A stretch of DNA of 64,000 bases from Klebsormidium nitens (Eukaryota > Plantae > Klebsormidiophyceae): the NCBI GenBank assembly GCA_000708835.1, contig DF237305.1:1-64000 (forward strand), in the 5' to 3' direction. Positions 36,064 to 51,000 of this stretch are shown piece by piece. Positions within the stretch are counted from its first letter, which is position 1. Each line of letters begins with the position of its first letter. Both the position numbers and the translations under genes were made by a program. Under the pieces are notes generated by a model that saw nothing but the letters and a program-made list of their open reading frames with translations, had not been told where the DNA came from and did no database searches.

Positions 36064-39000
36064 TCACCAGAAAGGGCACCACCTGCAGACCAGCACGTGT
36101 GAATAAGTCCCAAAGAGGACCTTCGTTACACCATGGCAAGTGATACGCGCGAGTGCCCTGTTGATTGGCAGCAAGCGCAATTCTGAAATAATTTCTTCAC
36201 ATCGCCTTCTGACACGGACGCCACACTCTTCAGGACCGCTAAGAAAATCGCACCTCTCGCTTGAGGATCCGTCTCAGAGTCTACAACGTAACAAGGCACC
36301 AAATCTATGAGAAGTCATCTCGTAGCTGCTTCCATGCGAAGAATCCTCAAACCAGGTTTTCAGTGTGCTCACCCGATGTAGCTCTGGCACAGGTTCTCGT
36401 GGCTCATCGCCTGCGCGATCAGTTTCTGGACCTGCACCTTCACGGTCAGCCCCGGCTCCTCCCGCTCCGCGCCCGGGGCCCCAATCCCCGAGCTGGCCAG
36501 GAGATAGCTGCTGGCAGCCCCCGCCGCGCCTGGGACGCCCGCTGCACCAATTGGCGGGACGCCGTTGACCCCGAAGTCGCGCCCCGTCAGCTTGTTGCTC
36601 ATGCGTGTCATGACGGCGACGGCGCGCTCGTTCAGAACCTCGTTTGCGTCGCCCAGCTGCCCAACCGCCTGGCAAGACAGAGCAAAAGAGGATGAGTGGA
36701 GGAGCGTGCAGCTTGTCACAAAGCCAGTGAAACGCTTGTACAGGACTGGCAATTCTACGTTTCCGATTGAAGGACTCAGAAGAAGGTAGAAGTCGAGCAG
36801 GTGTTTGCAGGTGAAGCCATCTCAGCGCAGAAACACTCTAAAGGATCGAGACCTAAATTTCAGGAAAGTCTTGCTCCCAACAAGAACGGCTGCGGAGGTA
36901 AATGACGCCTTCACAACAACCCCAGGCGAGAATCGCTGACCTCCCGCAGTTCCTTTTCCCTGGCCCCTCGTTGTGGGGGCGAAGGCGGCGCCGCCTGTTC
37001 GTCGGCAGGCTGCGCCGGTTGGGCCCCCCGGGCCCCCGTGGGGTGGGTGCTGCCGTCCGCCAGGTGGAAGAGACGCCAGTTGATGAGGGGGTCGTGCACA
37101 AACGCCTGCACCACAGGAGCAAGGTCAGCAGCTGCGACTGCTGACGGAAGGGGGACGCGACACGCCAAACGTACTGATAGGGTGCCTCACAACTGGCCTC
37201 CGGCGCCTTTCTACGTGAGTTCGGCGCAAAGCCTGGATGATGCACAACTTGTGAACACCTGGGCCAATGTGCAGAGAAAGTTTCGCAACCGACAAAGAAC
37301 GTGCTGGCTGGTCGAGCCACGGCGTAGGGCTGTGAGGGACTGACCTCCATCATGGCCATGACGGAGTCCTTGTTCTGGCGCAGCACGGTCATCACGTTCT
37401 CGCACGTGCTGCGGAAGTTGCCCTCGATGCCGCTGACCTCCATGGCCTTGACCAGCATGCGCGTCAGCCGGAAGGGCACGCGCTCCGGGAACTTCTCGCG
37501 GTTCATGCTCGCCTCAAAGCAGTCGCCGAAGTCGATGTGGATGATCTTGCCGCTGCCGCAGAGAGGGGAGCACGTGTCAGGGTGAGCCACCAGCGTGGCA
37601 GGCGAGGATCAACATCGACAAACAGTACAGAATTGATTACTTGTTATGCCCGCGTGCGGTTTTACGGGAGTTTTTGATACAAACACCTTCATCACGAACT
37701 CCTTGAAAGCGAGGCAAAAGAGCGATAACACAGCTTCAATCGACGTACCTGTATCGATCGAGCATGAGGTTGCTGGGGTGCCGATCTCCCAAGCCGAGCA
37801 GATAGCCAACCTGAACGCAAAGGTAGCCGTGGGTCGTCAGCGGGCCGAGGAAGGCAGCAAGCGGCGGACACCGCAGAAGAAAGACTTGGCAAGCGTCGGA
37901 CAGACACGCCACTGCATAAGCATAGCCAGTCTGCTGTGAAGACAATCTGACGGCGTCTTGCCAGGCTGCTGAACGAGCACTTCGATCCCTTCAACCCCTC
38001 TTCTCCTTTCAAGCGCTTCCAGACTCTGTCCGGCAACCACCTCGTTTGACCTGCGTAATCCCCACCGGTCGATCCGAGAACTAGAGCCGCGTGGTAGCAG
38101 GGCGGCTCACCATGGACATGACGGCGAGGGAGCGCGTGTAGTTGGTGCGGCGGTCGAGCCAGACCTCGGAGGAGCGGCTCTTGAGCCAGAGCACCTTGTT
38201 GAGGTCGTTGCCGCTGGTGTTGTCCAGCGCGTGCTCGAACACCTCCACCTTGGCCATCAGCGGTAGCGCGTCGTAGTCGGGCGCGAACTGCAGCATCAGC
38301 CGGTGCTCGTGGTTCACGGGGACCTGCAAACATGACATAAAGAGATGCGATTGAAAGGAAGCAAGCCTCAAACAAGAAGCACTCAGAGGAGGCTGGCACG
38401 CTTTGTCAATGTGATCCATTAAGAGCTGAAGTACTTACGGAAGAGACCGGACAAAATGGGTAGGAACTAGGGAACCTGCCTCGCATGGAGGAATCTGTCA
38501 AAAGAGTTATTGACAGATAAGCACCAAAGCATTTGCAGTTCCTGACAGGGTTGTGAGCGCATGCGTCACCTTGCGTTGGTCGCGGTACTCCCGGATGAGC
38601 TGGTGCAGCGTGTCGCAGTTGGGCACCCAGCCGATGAGGCCGCTGTTGGGCGACAGCGGAATCACGCTGTACCGCTGGATCGCCAGGTCCAGCTCCGCGC
38701 TCTGCCGAGCATTCGCCAGCAGCGTGTTCACCAGCCCGAACAGCTGCTCAAAGAAAAAAGGGGCCAGTCAGCGGATGCAGGCGATAAGGGACGCGCGGAC
38801 GAGCTGGCTTCGTGCATGAGACGGAATCTCCGACTTCTCGCTTTGACACGGCTTCCAGTCGTGCAGATAGAGCGCTTCTTGAACGCAGGATTACTTGGCT
38901 TGTGTCGAAACGAGATGTCCAACGGCGGACTGTCACGAAAGATCACCGGAATGCTCTTCCAAGCAGCAGGTGACCCAATCTTGACCACCGACTTTGGCCT

Positions 39001-42000
39001 TGCCAGCACCAACAGCGCACGATAGTCTTGAGGCAAGGTGCTGTTGCATTGGCGCCCCCACCTGCATGACGCGCTCGTCCTGGCGCAGGTCCTCGTGGCC
39101 TTTGAGCAAGAACGTATACTCGACGCCGTCGCTGCCGTAGATGGTGCACTTGCGCGGCCGCTGCTTGGACGTGATCACCGTCAGCTGCGCCGCGAACGAC
39201 GCAATGGTCACCACCGGCGCGCCCGCGCGGTAGGTCCCAGGCACGGCCAGCTCTAGGTTGCGCGCCTGGACGAGCGCGGGGGACACGTACTGCAGCTCGA
39301 GCGTGGTCAGGCTGGGCAGCTGCTTGTTGATGCGCTTGAACACGTTGTAGTACAAGTCCCACGCCTGGCAGAACGTGGGACACGCGGGGTCACGGGTGGG
39401 TGAACGCAGCAAGGGAAAACAAGCACCCGTTGCAACTAGTTAGATAAAGGTGCAGATCTCGGGTATAGACACACGTTGTTGAGGTACAGCTCAATCGAGT
39501 TCTCAATGTACTATCTCAACCAAGCAAAAGAGCAAATCCGAGTGAAGCCGATCCTACTAGATGTCGTTGGCCCCACCTGCGTGATCTCGGCCTCCTTGCC
39601 GGTGCGCCGGAAGCGCATGCAGCACTCGTGCGCCTCCTGGAGCTCTCGCCCGTACGCCTGCAGGCACAGCGCGGGCTGTCAGAAACCGAGCGACCGAACC
39701 TCGCACAACATAGATTTTCAAAGAACTTCGCTTACATCTACCCAATGAGACCAGCTTTTCAGATACCTGCAGAGTCTTGTCCGGGCGCGCACCTGGCCGA
39801 AGGAGATCTCCTTGAGCGTCTCAGCGCCTTGCTTGTCCATCATGGCGTGCAGCGGCTCGAGCGCCTGCAGCATGCCCTCCACGTTGTGCTCGCCGAAGTA
39901 CAGCCGGCTCGCCTCCTCCAGCGCCTCGTGCCACATCTCGTGCCACAGGATGGCCATCCGGATCAGCTCCTTGCTCACCAGCTGCGCCTGCACGCGCGAA
40001 CGTACCAGAAAGGGATTAGCCGCAGGGCCGACGGCGCAAATATAAGCTATACACTTCGGAGGGAATAACCCGCAGGAAATACGATGCAAAAGGTTTTGGA
40101 GACCGTTGCATGAAGCAAGTTCATCGACGTAGCCAAAGCCTTGTAGCTAGCAAGCACGATAATTTTTGACTAGGTCCGTCTGACTAGGTCCTCCGAGTGT
40201 GTCGGTCTGCTACTGGTAAGTCGTTCCTCCGCGTTACTGTTGACCATTGTAAATGGGCTGGAGCGAGACAACTATTCTCTCAGAAGGGACCCTCGCAGCC
40301 ATGCCTGTTCACCTCCTGAAAACGTACTTTGCCAAACACTAGCTGCGAACACAACGGCCGAGCGGGTGCTACTGTGTGTACCTGCTTGACGAGCGTGGCG
40401 CTGTGGTTGCGCACGTTGTCCACGACGGCCTGCGCGGCCTGTTTGCGCGAGCTGCTCATCGACTTGCACGCCACCAGCAGCGGGTACATCAACGCCTGCA
40501 AGCACCCACACCGAAAAGTCAGAGTCTCAGCGCATCTTCAAGAACTGGAGATACAAGCTCCCAAGCTCGCTTCAGCTCCCCTTTCGACTTGCCCGGCAGA
40601 GCTTTGCTCTAACACCTAACCATAGTTCTAGAGTAACGCAAGCAGAAACGGCAGTCCAAAATGCAGCATACTACATGACTTTGTCCAGTGCCGACCAGAC
40701 AGGAACAACGTTGAGTTCGCCCAAGCGATTCCAGTGCAGAGTGAAACGCTGTGCCGGACCTGCGGGTGGTGGCGGCCGACCCTGGTGAGCAGCGCCTGGA
40801 TGAGGTTCCTGACGGCGGGCACGGGCGAGTGAATGCGCGCAATGATCTGCGGGATGACCACCAGCCACGTGTCGATGTTGAGCTGCTGGAAGCCCTCCTG
40901 CAGCGCCGCCTGCACGTCTGTCGCCGCGCCGTGGTTGAACCACAGCGTCAGCAGCCGCAGAATGTCCTGCGAGTGAAAGCGAAAGTTGGTCAGGCGATGC
41001 AGGAAAGAAGCGTTCTTGTTGAAGGTGATGATTGGAAGGTAACGCAACCACCACTTTGGAGACTAGGCGCCATTGAGAGCCTGCAAGCGGACTGCAGACA
41101 GAGCGCACATGCTCGTGGCAGAAGGATCCGTTGAGAGCAAGGATCCGCTGATATACGCGTTGATACGCAGGTCATACAGTCTGGTGCCAACTCTAGAGTA
41201 CGCACGACCAGGCGCATGCTTTCAGAACTGACCTGACCCCAAAACGAGCATCGAGGCCAACCTCCATATCGTACTTAGGTAGAACGGCTTACCTGCAGGC
41301 TGCCGTCCCCGCCCTTTTGGTTGGCGCTCCCCAGCGCGATTGACCGGAAGTACCCGTTCACGGCCGCGACCACATGCCTAGCCGCGGCGGCTGGGTTGTG
41401 CATAACTGTGTGGTGGCTCATGACAGCCGTGTTAAAGAGCGCCCACTTGTGCCACGCCTTGGCCCACCCCCGCGCGCTCTCGGTGGCTGCCGCCAGGCTG
41501 CTCAGGATGCCGCTGATGGCGTCATCATCCAGGCTGGCGCTCAGCGTCCAACGCCACGTGCCCAGCTTCAGGTAGATGCGCGCCAGGATGGGCACCCCGC
41601 CCACCAGGATCCCCNNNNNNNNNNNNNNNNNNNNNNNNNNNNNNNNNNNNNNNNNNNNNNNNNNNNNNNNNNNNNNNNNNNNNNNNNNNNNNNNNNNNNN
41701 NNNNNNNNNNNNNNNNNNNNNNNNNNNNNNNNNNNNNNNNNNNNNNNNNNNNNNNNNNNNNNNNNNNNNNNNNNNNNNNNNNNNNNNNNNNNNNNNNNNN
41801 NNNNNNNNNNNNNNNNNNNNNNNNNNNNNNNNNNNNNNNNNNNNNNNNNNNNNNNNNNNNNNTGAGCGCGGACGCGGACAGGCTCTGCGGGCCGGCTGCG
41901 CCGCTCACTACGGCCGCGCTGTGCTCCAGCTCGCCCGCCAGCTCCTGGGAGAGACGGTAGGTTTCGAAGTTGAGGACCGTCGTGCTGCTTGCATCAGGGG

Positions 42001-45000
42001 GCCAATTTGAGGATGCAAACTACTTGGGATCGCCAAAATCCCTGTGAAGACGAGATTCTGAAGAGTAGCGGGGAAGCCCGACCTGGCAGCATATCTGCAT
42101 CCTTCAGCTATACAGTTCAGCGTCTGTTAGATGTGCCCAGCTTGAATCTCGAGGAGCCGACAGCCAAGACGACGATCGCTCTGAAAGAAGCAAGCAGCCT
42201 TCACTAACCACCCAAAGCCCCAACAGGCTGCGCCGCTCTGACCTGCATTTGGTGGAAGGCGTCCATCCTGTTGCGGTCCCCGCCGAGGGACCATTGGTGC
42301 TTGAGGTAGGCCAGCATGACGGGCGGCTCCACGGAGAGGCGGCCCCCGCCCTCCTGTGCGGGGTCGTACTGCAACAGCTTCACCAGCGTCGCCTGCGACT
42401 GGCTCACGCGCCCGCTCTTGCGGCACAGCGACGCAAACTTGAGCCACGTGGCGATGTCCTGCGAGGGGGGCAGCACCAGCGAGCGCACCGCCAGCAGCGC
42501 CTGCCACACCTGCGGAGGGACCGAGGAGGAGCGATTCCGGTCAGGGCTGATAGGAGAAGAGAAAATAGCAAGCTTGATTGAGGAGAATTGAGTTCACAAA
42601 GATGGCACCATCAAACCAAGACCCCGGTCGTCCCTCAGAAGTATTGAGGCAACATCTCGACGGGTATCTGAGAGTTTCATTGCAAGGTTGCAACCAAGCA
42701 GGACATATATCGCTTCTCGACCTGACCCTAAGCAGCGGAACGCGATGAGTTCCCGGTCCTCATGGTCAGCTCCTTACCTCGACATTGCGCTGCGCCCCAC
42801 GGACCCTGTCCTGCCACATTCGTCGGATGAGCGCAGCACGCGCGTCGGCGGCAGCGTCAGCAGTGGGCAGCTGGCAGTAGTCGATGACCTCCTCCAGCTC
42901 CGCGAGCTGCTGCACGCGCACCATGTTGCCGTACGCGCGCTCGTAGCTCTCCAGCACCAGCGCGGCCAGTTCAGTAGCCAGCAGCTTGCGTGCGCGCTCC
43001 ACGTACATGCGGGCATCCGCATACTGCACACATAGGCCAAGACCTTGTCGTTTAGGCGTATTGGAGACAACTATGGATTAAGGAGATTTGTGGTGTGTCT
43101 TGCACAACTCTGAAACCAAGCAGAGTGTCTCATTCAAGGGAGCTTGACACCAATTGACTTTGATCTGGGGCGGCCTTCTCGGAAAGGAAAGGACTGTGTA
43201 CGAGATTAAAATGAAGCAATCAAGTGTGCGTAAAGTTCAAGGAAAGGCTGCTCCGGCCACAAAGCAGACACTATTATGCCGGCAAAATACACAACACGAA
43301 AACCAGTTGAAGCGCATGCACCAAATGGCCCCGCCTCACCTGTCCCCTCCTGACTGACAGTACGGCCCGGAAGAACGGCCCGTCGCTGATGCCGCTCCCG
43401 ACGCTGCCCCCTCGCGAGCCGCCCACCGCGTTCATGGGCATCCTGCGGTGTGCGTCGTCGCCGTCGTCCAGCACGCTGACGTACTCGTGCATCTCGTCCC
43501 ACTCGTTCAGGTTCCACGCCGCGCTTGCGGCCATGGGCGCCATCTCCAGCCGCGCCGCAGGCTCTGCGGGCGCCCACGTCTCGCGGCACAGCGAACCCAG
43601 CTCGTCCCAACGGGCGAGGGCTGCCAAGCACCGCATCCGTCCTGCATGCGAGAAAGAGGCGTCGTCAGAGGAAGGGCTTATTCAGCTGAATAAACTTGTC
43701 AAATCTAGTTCTTGAAAACACCAACGTCAGGATAACAACACGCGAAAAAAGGTATGGATTCTCTGTCGATGACCGCAGCTGTCTTGCTAAGAGGGGAAGT
43801 TTCGCGATAGCCCCACCTCGCCATTGTGCTAGAGGAGCCTAAAGGAGCGATCAAGCCGACTGCCTTTCTGTACTGTAAGCAGGCAAGCAGAGTCGCGCAG
43901 CTCCGAAGTGGGAAACAACTTCGCAGTCAGGCCCCGTCATGGGCCTCACCGAGCGTGGCTTCAAGCGCCTGGTGGTGCGTCTGCGCCTGTGCTGCTTTGA
44001 GTTCGTACGCCTCGAGCGCCTCGTCCCAGCGCTGCAGCTCCTCGTACCACGACTCCTTCAGCTCCACGCCCTGCTGCTGCTGCGCGTAGTGCAGGATGCC
44101 CACCGCCGCCTGTCACGACCACAGCATTTGGGCAGTCAGGCACCGCGCTTTGTACGGTTTGGACTTGCATACAACAGAGATCTTCCACGCCAGGCGATCA
44201 GTATACTGCAGTTGCACCTTTTCAGGGACTTTAAGAGCGTCCACATCTTCTCAGAAGTGCCCAGACTGCAACTTAAAGTGAATCTAGGAATACCTTAGGA
44301 TTCATCTGCATCAGAAGGGGACGCAGAAACAGTTGCTTGGATGACACGCAGACGAGCAGCTTCAAGATAAGCGACCATTGGACGCCTTTCTCCTTTTTCC
44401 CACTCAGAGTGGCTGTGCGCACCTCGTGCTGGTGCAGCTGGTTGTTGATATGGATCAGCGCCTCGACGGTGGTGGTGGGGCTCGTCTCGAACTCGCGCTC
44501 CTTGTAGTGCAGCGCCTTGGCAAACGCGTGGCACTTCTCCGCGAGCGCGCCCAGCGTGCGGATCTCCATGGGCAGCGGTTTCTCGTCGTGCTCCATGAAC
44601 TCGGCCAGGTTCAGCAGCGTCGCCAGGATCTCGGGCGGGATGGTCGGGGATGCGAAGGCGGCCTCCAGGCTGCGCACCAGCTGCTCCCGGTAGTTCTGCA
44701 CACAAAGCAAAGCAGGGTCGGCTCAGGGGCAAAGGAGAGGACGATGGAGGGCCCGACCGAAGATGTTCAGGGAGCTGTCCAAGGAGAAAGACTGATGGAT
44801 GGCCCGACATGATTGCTTTTGAAACACTAATTGGCAACAAGTGAGGTTTAAGGTCATCGTCCGACGGGGATCTCGCATAACTCAAGAGGAAGCAAATATA
44901 GGTCCCTCACCGGCGAGAGCTCGGACCAGCAGCTGACGAAGCCCGCGGCAAAGAGTTCTCGTGCAACATGGGGCTGCAGCTGCGCGAGGCCGGCGCAGGT

Positions 45001-48000
45001 GCGCAGCGCGGGCGAGGGCGACTCCTTGAGCAGCTCCACGCTGAAGTGGCGCATCCACTCCGCCCAGTCCTCGCGCGTACTACGCTGACTCGATTCCCAT
45101 GCGCGCCGCAGGGCACCCTCGTTCACCTATCACGCGGAAAAGGTACGTCAGAAGCAAGATACAGATGTGCCTGGGCTACTGCATTCTGTCCGGGCATCGT
45201 TCATCACTTCCCTGTCAAGCAACCTGCCTGCTTTCAAGACCGTAAAGGCGCTCGTCCGCTTGATTCTTCGTAAGTTCATCTTGTTTCGATTCACATAATA
45301 CTAGCGGTCTCCTTCGAGCATCACATCCGGAAGTTGACGAGCAGCAGCAACAATCACAGACTACAAAGGACGTTTGGACAGTGACTCTGTCGAGCAGAAA
45401 CCAGATCGACCCCATGAATGTTTATTGACGCCCTCACCCTCAGCACCCTGCCTGGCGCCATGGCAGCGTCGTCCTCCCCATCGACGCTCTCCCCGTCGGC
45501 CTGCCTGGCGCCGTGGTACACCTCCGAGAGGCTGCTCGCGTCACTGGGCGCGTGCATCAGGCTGCTCGCCTCCAGCACCACCGCGGGCTCGCGCCGCAGC
45601 ACGCGTGCAGCCACGCCCTCGAAGCGCGGGTGCTGCAAAACAAAGCCCAAGTTCGTGATTGCCAAATACTTCATCAGGCTTGTCTCGTTGTAGCCCACCA
45701 TCCATTTTGGCAGAAGAACTGAGCTTGGCACCCGATTCTCCTCCCTTAAGTCGGGGCTGTGCGTCATCCAGGGGCGGACTCGTCATGCAGCAGTCCCCTC
45801 TTTATCTAGTCTAGTGGGACCGTCTCATTCGTACACCCTTCTGAAGGCTGCTGTCACGCCCGCCGGAGATCATCGAAGGGCAATGGCGGCTCACGGTGAG
45901 GCGGTGCTTGTGCAGAAGCTTGCGGATGGAGGGGATGAAGATGGCGAAGTCGGAGCCCATGGCGCCCGCCAGCGCGCAGATGGCATCCATTGCGTCCTTA
46001 CGCAGCTCCTCCTGCGGCCTGCACGTGGCAGACAGACACACAGCGGCGTCAGCGGGTTGAACGGAGGCAACGAAAGCTCAAACCTCTAATCAAGGGTACT
46101 TTTAATTTAAACCCTATCTTCAACAAGGCGATATGCTAAGCATTCTCCGATGCTAGAGGTCGAAGTGGCCTGGACAGCCACTTCGCCTTGACTCCTTCAT
46201 ATCGATCAGGCCTGCTACCAAACGGCTGTGGGCTGGAGTCGTATGCTGGACGAGTGGTGTCCATGCTCGGGAGCTGACTGCTACAGCAGGTGGCGCCGCC
46301 CTGGTAAAGCACGTCTCTTGAGCCCGGTGCACTGCAGCAATAGTACCTCGCAAGGCCGAAACACACGGTTCAAGAGTGAGATGGTTCAAGTCGCTGACCC
46401 GTCGAGCACCCTGGTGAGCGGGTGCAGGATGGCGGACGCGTGGCCCGCGACGTGCATGGTGGGCAGCAGGCGCCCCAGCGTACGGATGGTGGCGCGCCGG
46501 ATATCCACGGGGGCGTCGACCACCGACGGCTTCAGCAGCCGCACCAGCGCGGGCAGGACCAGGTGCATGTGCTCGTCCATGCTGCCTGCGCAGCGGGAAG
46601 AGCAGAAGACGACTTCTTAAGGGCAGCAGAGGGGAGAAAATATTTTGTGTACGTTGTACAAGCTTGATCGTGGTCGATGGTGCGGCTTGGAAGGAAGGAG
46701 GTGCGAATGCAAAGCCGGTAGAGGGTTCCGCTTTGGAGCCCTCATGAAGGACATCCGCGAAGATACGGTTGCTCATAGTTGTGTTATTGTAATGAGCCGC
46801 AAAGAGGCGCTAATGCCACAACACATCGACCTACAAATTTCTAACAGGGGCACGCGACGATGACAGGGAGCTGCTTCGACCTACACCACTAAAGCGGCTG
46901 TGCCCAAGAGGGATGTTGGGCCGGGCTTGCTCACTCCCGAAGACCTCAAAGGCGTGCAGGACGGGCGGCACGGAGGCGTAATCGCCGGTCTGCTCGGCGA
47001 GCGCGAGGACCTGGACGCAGCGCGGCAGGATCTCGGGCAGGTGCGCGCGGAACTCGTCGTTGAGCGCGCGCGACAGCTGCTCCACCAAGTGCAGCACCTG
47101 CGGCAAAAGGACGCACAGCGTCAGGTAAGGGGAGACAGGGGGCGCCGAGACGACACTTGCTTGCATATAATGACCAAAGGGACAAAAGGACACAGACCAG
47201 GCCAAAGGAGCCGGCGGACGAGCAGGTTCTCGACATCATATCGACCAAGATTAGAACTCCGTCTATGATGTCAGAACCGCATTGCGTGTTGGGCCTCTGT
47301 TGCTTACCGGCAGGAGCAACGCGGGGTAGGACCAGTACTCGTGGATGAGATTGAGTAGCTCCGGCAGGTACTTGCGAATGTGCTGCGTCAGACGAGTCAT
47401 CCGTGAGCCCGCTAAGCCAGAACGCCAGCCAGGAAGCCACTTAAATAAGACGCCTGCTGAGACAGGCATCAGCAGATTTCGAAGCGCCTGCAGTACAAAC
47501 AGCAGAGACCGGCCCCGTGTCCCTTACCTGGCGCACGATAGCTACGAGTTGGGCCAGCTGGCGGAGCAGAAAGTCTCGCAGGGCGTCGTCGCACACGGTC
47601 ATCACGTGAAACAAGTCGGGGAGGACCTGCAGGCGGACACGCGCTGGATCAGGGAACAAGGACTCGAAGCGAGGAGTGGCCGCCGAGATGCATACCGCCC
47701 GAGAAGAGACTGGACAACCCCCTTCCGCCTCAAGAGTCATCAAGGACGCACAAGGGGAGGACGAGGTGATCCGCGCCGTCGTTCCTGAGTCGCAAGCCCG
47801 TGGTCAAAATATTGCTCAGATCGGTCTTCATTCGTGAAGCGAGAACTCGGAACAAATACAGAAGATCGAGAAACCGCTTCGCCTCGGATGGCAGAGACAG
47901 CGGTGCCGAGCACGGCGTCTCCTCACACTGCGCTGAAGCTGCAGCGGATTGTATGCGCTGACCTTGGGGAGGTAGGGCACGCAGGCGAGGCCCATGGCGC

Positions 48001-51000
48001 GGAAGATGTACATGAGGCTGCCCACGACGCGCTGGTGGTAGCTGGACATGGCCTTCTCGCGCAGGATTCGCATCAGCGCGTTGATGGCCACCGTCGGGTA
48101 GTACTCCTCGCTGCTCGTGCTCATCCCGCTGCTCGGCAACACCTCCCCCGGCAAGTCCGCCTCCACCAGCGCGCTGCGCGCCATCCCGCCGTCTGCGGGC
48201 GCTGCGGGCCGCCCGCCCTCCGCGTGGCCCGCCTGCAGCAGCATCTGGTTGCGCTTGTGCGCGTGCGGGTCCAGCGCGCCGATCACGCCCAGCACCTGTG
48301 ACGGGCAGCAGGGACAAACGTGAGGGGCAAGCTGCGGAGGACGCCAGGGTTTGCAAGCTGGCATTGATGCCGAGACTGAGGGCTTGGTTTGCAAAGGGGT
48401 CGCAAGACGAGGGTTGCTTGCTGGAAGGAGCCAAAGGGGAAGAACGAGATCCGGATGATATATCGCGTTAAGAGTATTCTGGATGACGCCCTTTGACTGC
48501 CTGCCTGGTCTGGACAAGTTAGACGGCCACGAGCGGGCTCTGGGGTGGTATGGGGGCATGCGGCGCACCTTGAGCACTTCGTGGCGCATGGCCCAGGCGT
48601 GCTCCCCGTTGAGCAGCCGCAGCAGCACCCCCAGCAGCTGCGGGAAGTCCGTGTACGGCACCACCACGTACCTGCACACGAGCCACAAAGCACGCGCCAA
48701 CTCAGCCGGACGTCACTGTGCTGTCCCCGAGATGAATTCAGATCTTCAGATCTTTGACGGAATAAGCGGAGCGATCGCGGGATGAATATGTCGAAAATGA
48801 CTCAACACTTTAGGATCGTACAGCAGGTTGAGCAGGTTCAAGGGCAGCAGCAAACATTCCCCTACTCCGTCGACTTGTTCCTAACACAGAGCGTGCGGTT
48901 CCTCACCCGGTGCTCTCCACGAGCTGCCCCAGCGTGCAGACGGCCACCTGGCGTCGCTTGCTATCGCTGCCGGTCCCGCCGTCGTGCAGCGCGTCCACCA
49001 CCAGCGGCATCAGCTCGCCCACGTATGGTCGCATCGTGCCGCCACCCTACACCAGGCAGCCAGGTTGGGCGCTTCGGTTGACATAAGGTCGATGCTCTTC
49101 TCGCAGTAGAGCGTCAACTCGATTGAGTCTACTCCAATCAAGCAGTCAATAACCACCAACAGACCCTCACGCACAGAAAATGGATTGAAAGAAGTTACAA
49201 ACAGGAGTGGGCTCGAGGCCAAGAGATGAGATTCCTTTTCGAAATTAACGAAAGTTTAAAAATCCCGCGCCAAGCGTTGTGAGACGTCATGCCGTCAGTC
49301 TTTCGCACCAGCAGCTTTGTCAACGGCCTGTGCTGGTCATGCGGCGTCGCTGCTCACCACTCTGGCAAGCTCTCCGACGGTAGCCAACACGTTTGTGATG
49401 ACGCCACTGCGGCCGCCCCCGCTGCTAGTTTCCCCAGTAGCAGCCCCCCCAGTGGAACTCTCCCGCAGCTGGGCGACCAGGGCCTGCGACACAAAAACAA
49501 GCTTTGAGCCACCTGATGTTAGGGCACCAGCCGGAGAATCAAGACAGTAAACGACAAATATGCAACAGAAATCTATTCTTACAAAATCCACCACTCTGAT
49601 CGCAGGGGCAGGAGGTTTGCACGTTCGGCTTACCGCATGCGCGTGACTCTTTATCCATGAACACGACAACTTACCTTCAGGACGGGCGCGATGTAGGGCA
49701 GAATGAGGCGCGGGCAGGCGTGCACCAAACAACCCAGCAGGCGTGCGCTTTCTTGCTTGTGCTTGCTGTCCGAACTGCACCCCACCGATCATGGAGATAG
49801 ATCAAAGAGCAGCCACGACACTTGAGGCGAGTGTCAGATGCCAGTAATCGACATAGGCCGGCTTAATCTGCAGCAACAGATTCGGCTCGTGTCCAGAGCA
49901 GGTTTTGAGAAGTGGGGTGCTGAGGATCACCTGTGCTCCAAGTCAGTGAGCAGCTGCAGCAGGTGGCGGCGCAGTGCGGGCAGCACGTACGCAGGGTTGC
50001 GCTCCGCCAGTTGGCCCGCCAAAGTGATGGCGTACTGGCGCACCTCGAACGACTGCAGGGCAGAGCTACCCCAGTCGATAAAAAAGCCGTGCGCAAGACT
50101 CAGGCAGGAAGTGAGCACAAAAGACTCACGATGTTCGTTGTATCAGCGCCTTCTCGTCTCCTCGTTGAGAGAGAAGAGCCATGAAAAGGTATCCAGCCGG
50201 CTTCAATGGTGCACTAGGACAGCTAAACATTCTCAAACTCGACAAGGAGCTCGCTCCGCATTTTTACTCCCAGCTTCCTCCCTGTCTCGTGTGGCCCAGT
50301 CTCACCTCGTCATTGAGCGCGATGAAGACGGCCCGCAGGCTGTCCGCCTGCGCAAGGTTCTCCTCGAAGCCGGCCCCCTCCGGCAGGCTCAGCAGCACGG
50401 CGCGGCGCACGCCCTCGTCTGCGTCCGCAACGGCCGCTACCAGCAGCCGCTCCAGCACTTCTTCCACTAGCACACGCTTGCGCCGCGAGCCTAGCGGGCG
50501 GCCGTCACGCGGCAGCCGCAGCCCCGCACCCGCCACGCTCGCCTTGAGCAGGCGGCAGCACGTGACGGCCGCCTCGCGCCGCGTGTGCACCTCGTCGTCG
50601 TCCAGGTAGCGCACCACGTGCTCGCGCACAAACTCAATCATGTCGTGCCCCTACGCACAGCGATGCCAGAGGACGATGGGTTGAGTGGAGGCACAAACAA
50701 ACATAACATTGGTTGCAGGAATTGAGTCGATGCAGCAGATGAAGAGCTGTTCCGCTGTCTCAACGTTGGGCTCTGCGGAGGCTGAAGTCCAAAAAGAAAC
50801 CTCGTTCACTGCGTGTGCATCGCCCGAGCTTTGGACACCGGCGCCCACATCAAGCTTTCTTATTGTCGTTGAATGATCCTGTTAATAAGCACAATCCAAA
50901 GGTCAACTGGCGAGGTGTGGCGTCGGCTCACGTTGAGGTCGAAGGTGGCGAGCGTGCGGAGGGCGAGCTGGGTGAGGCCGGCGGCGGTGAGCTCGGACTG

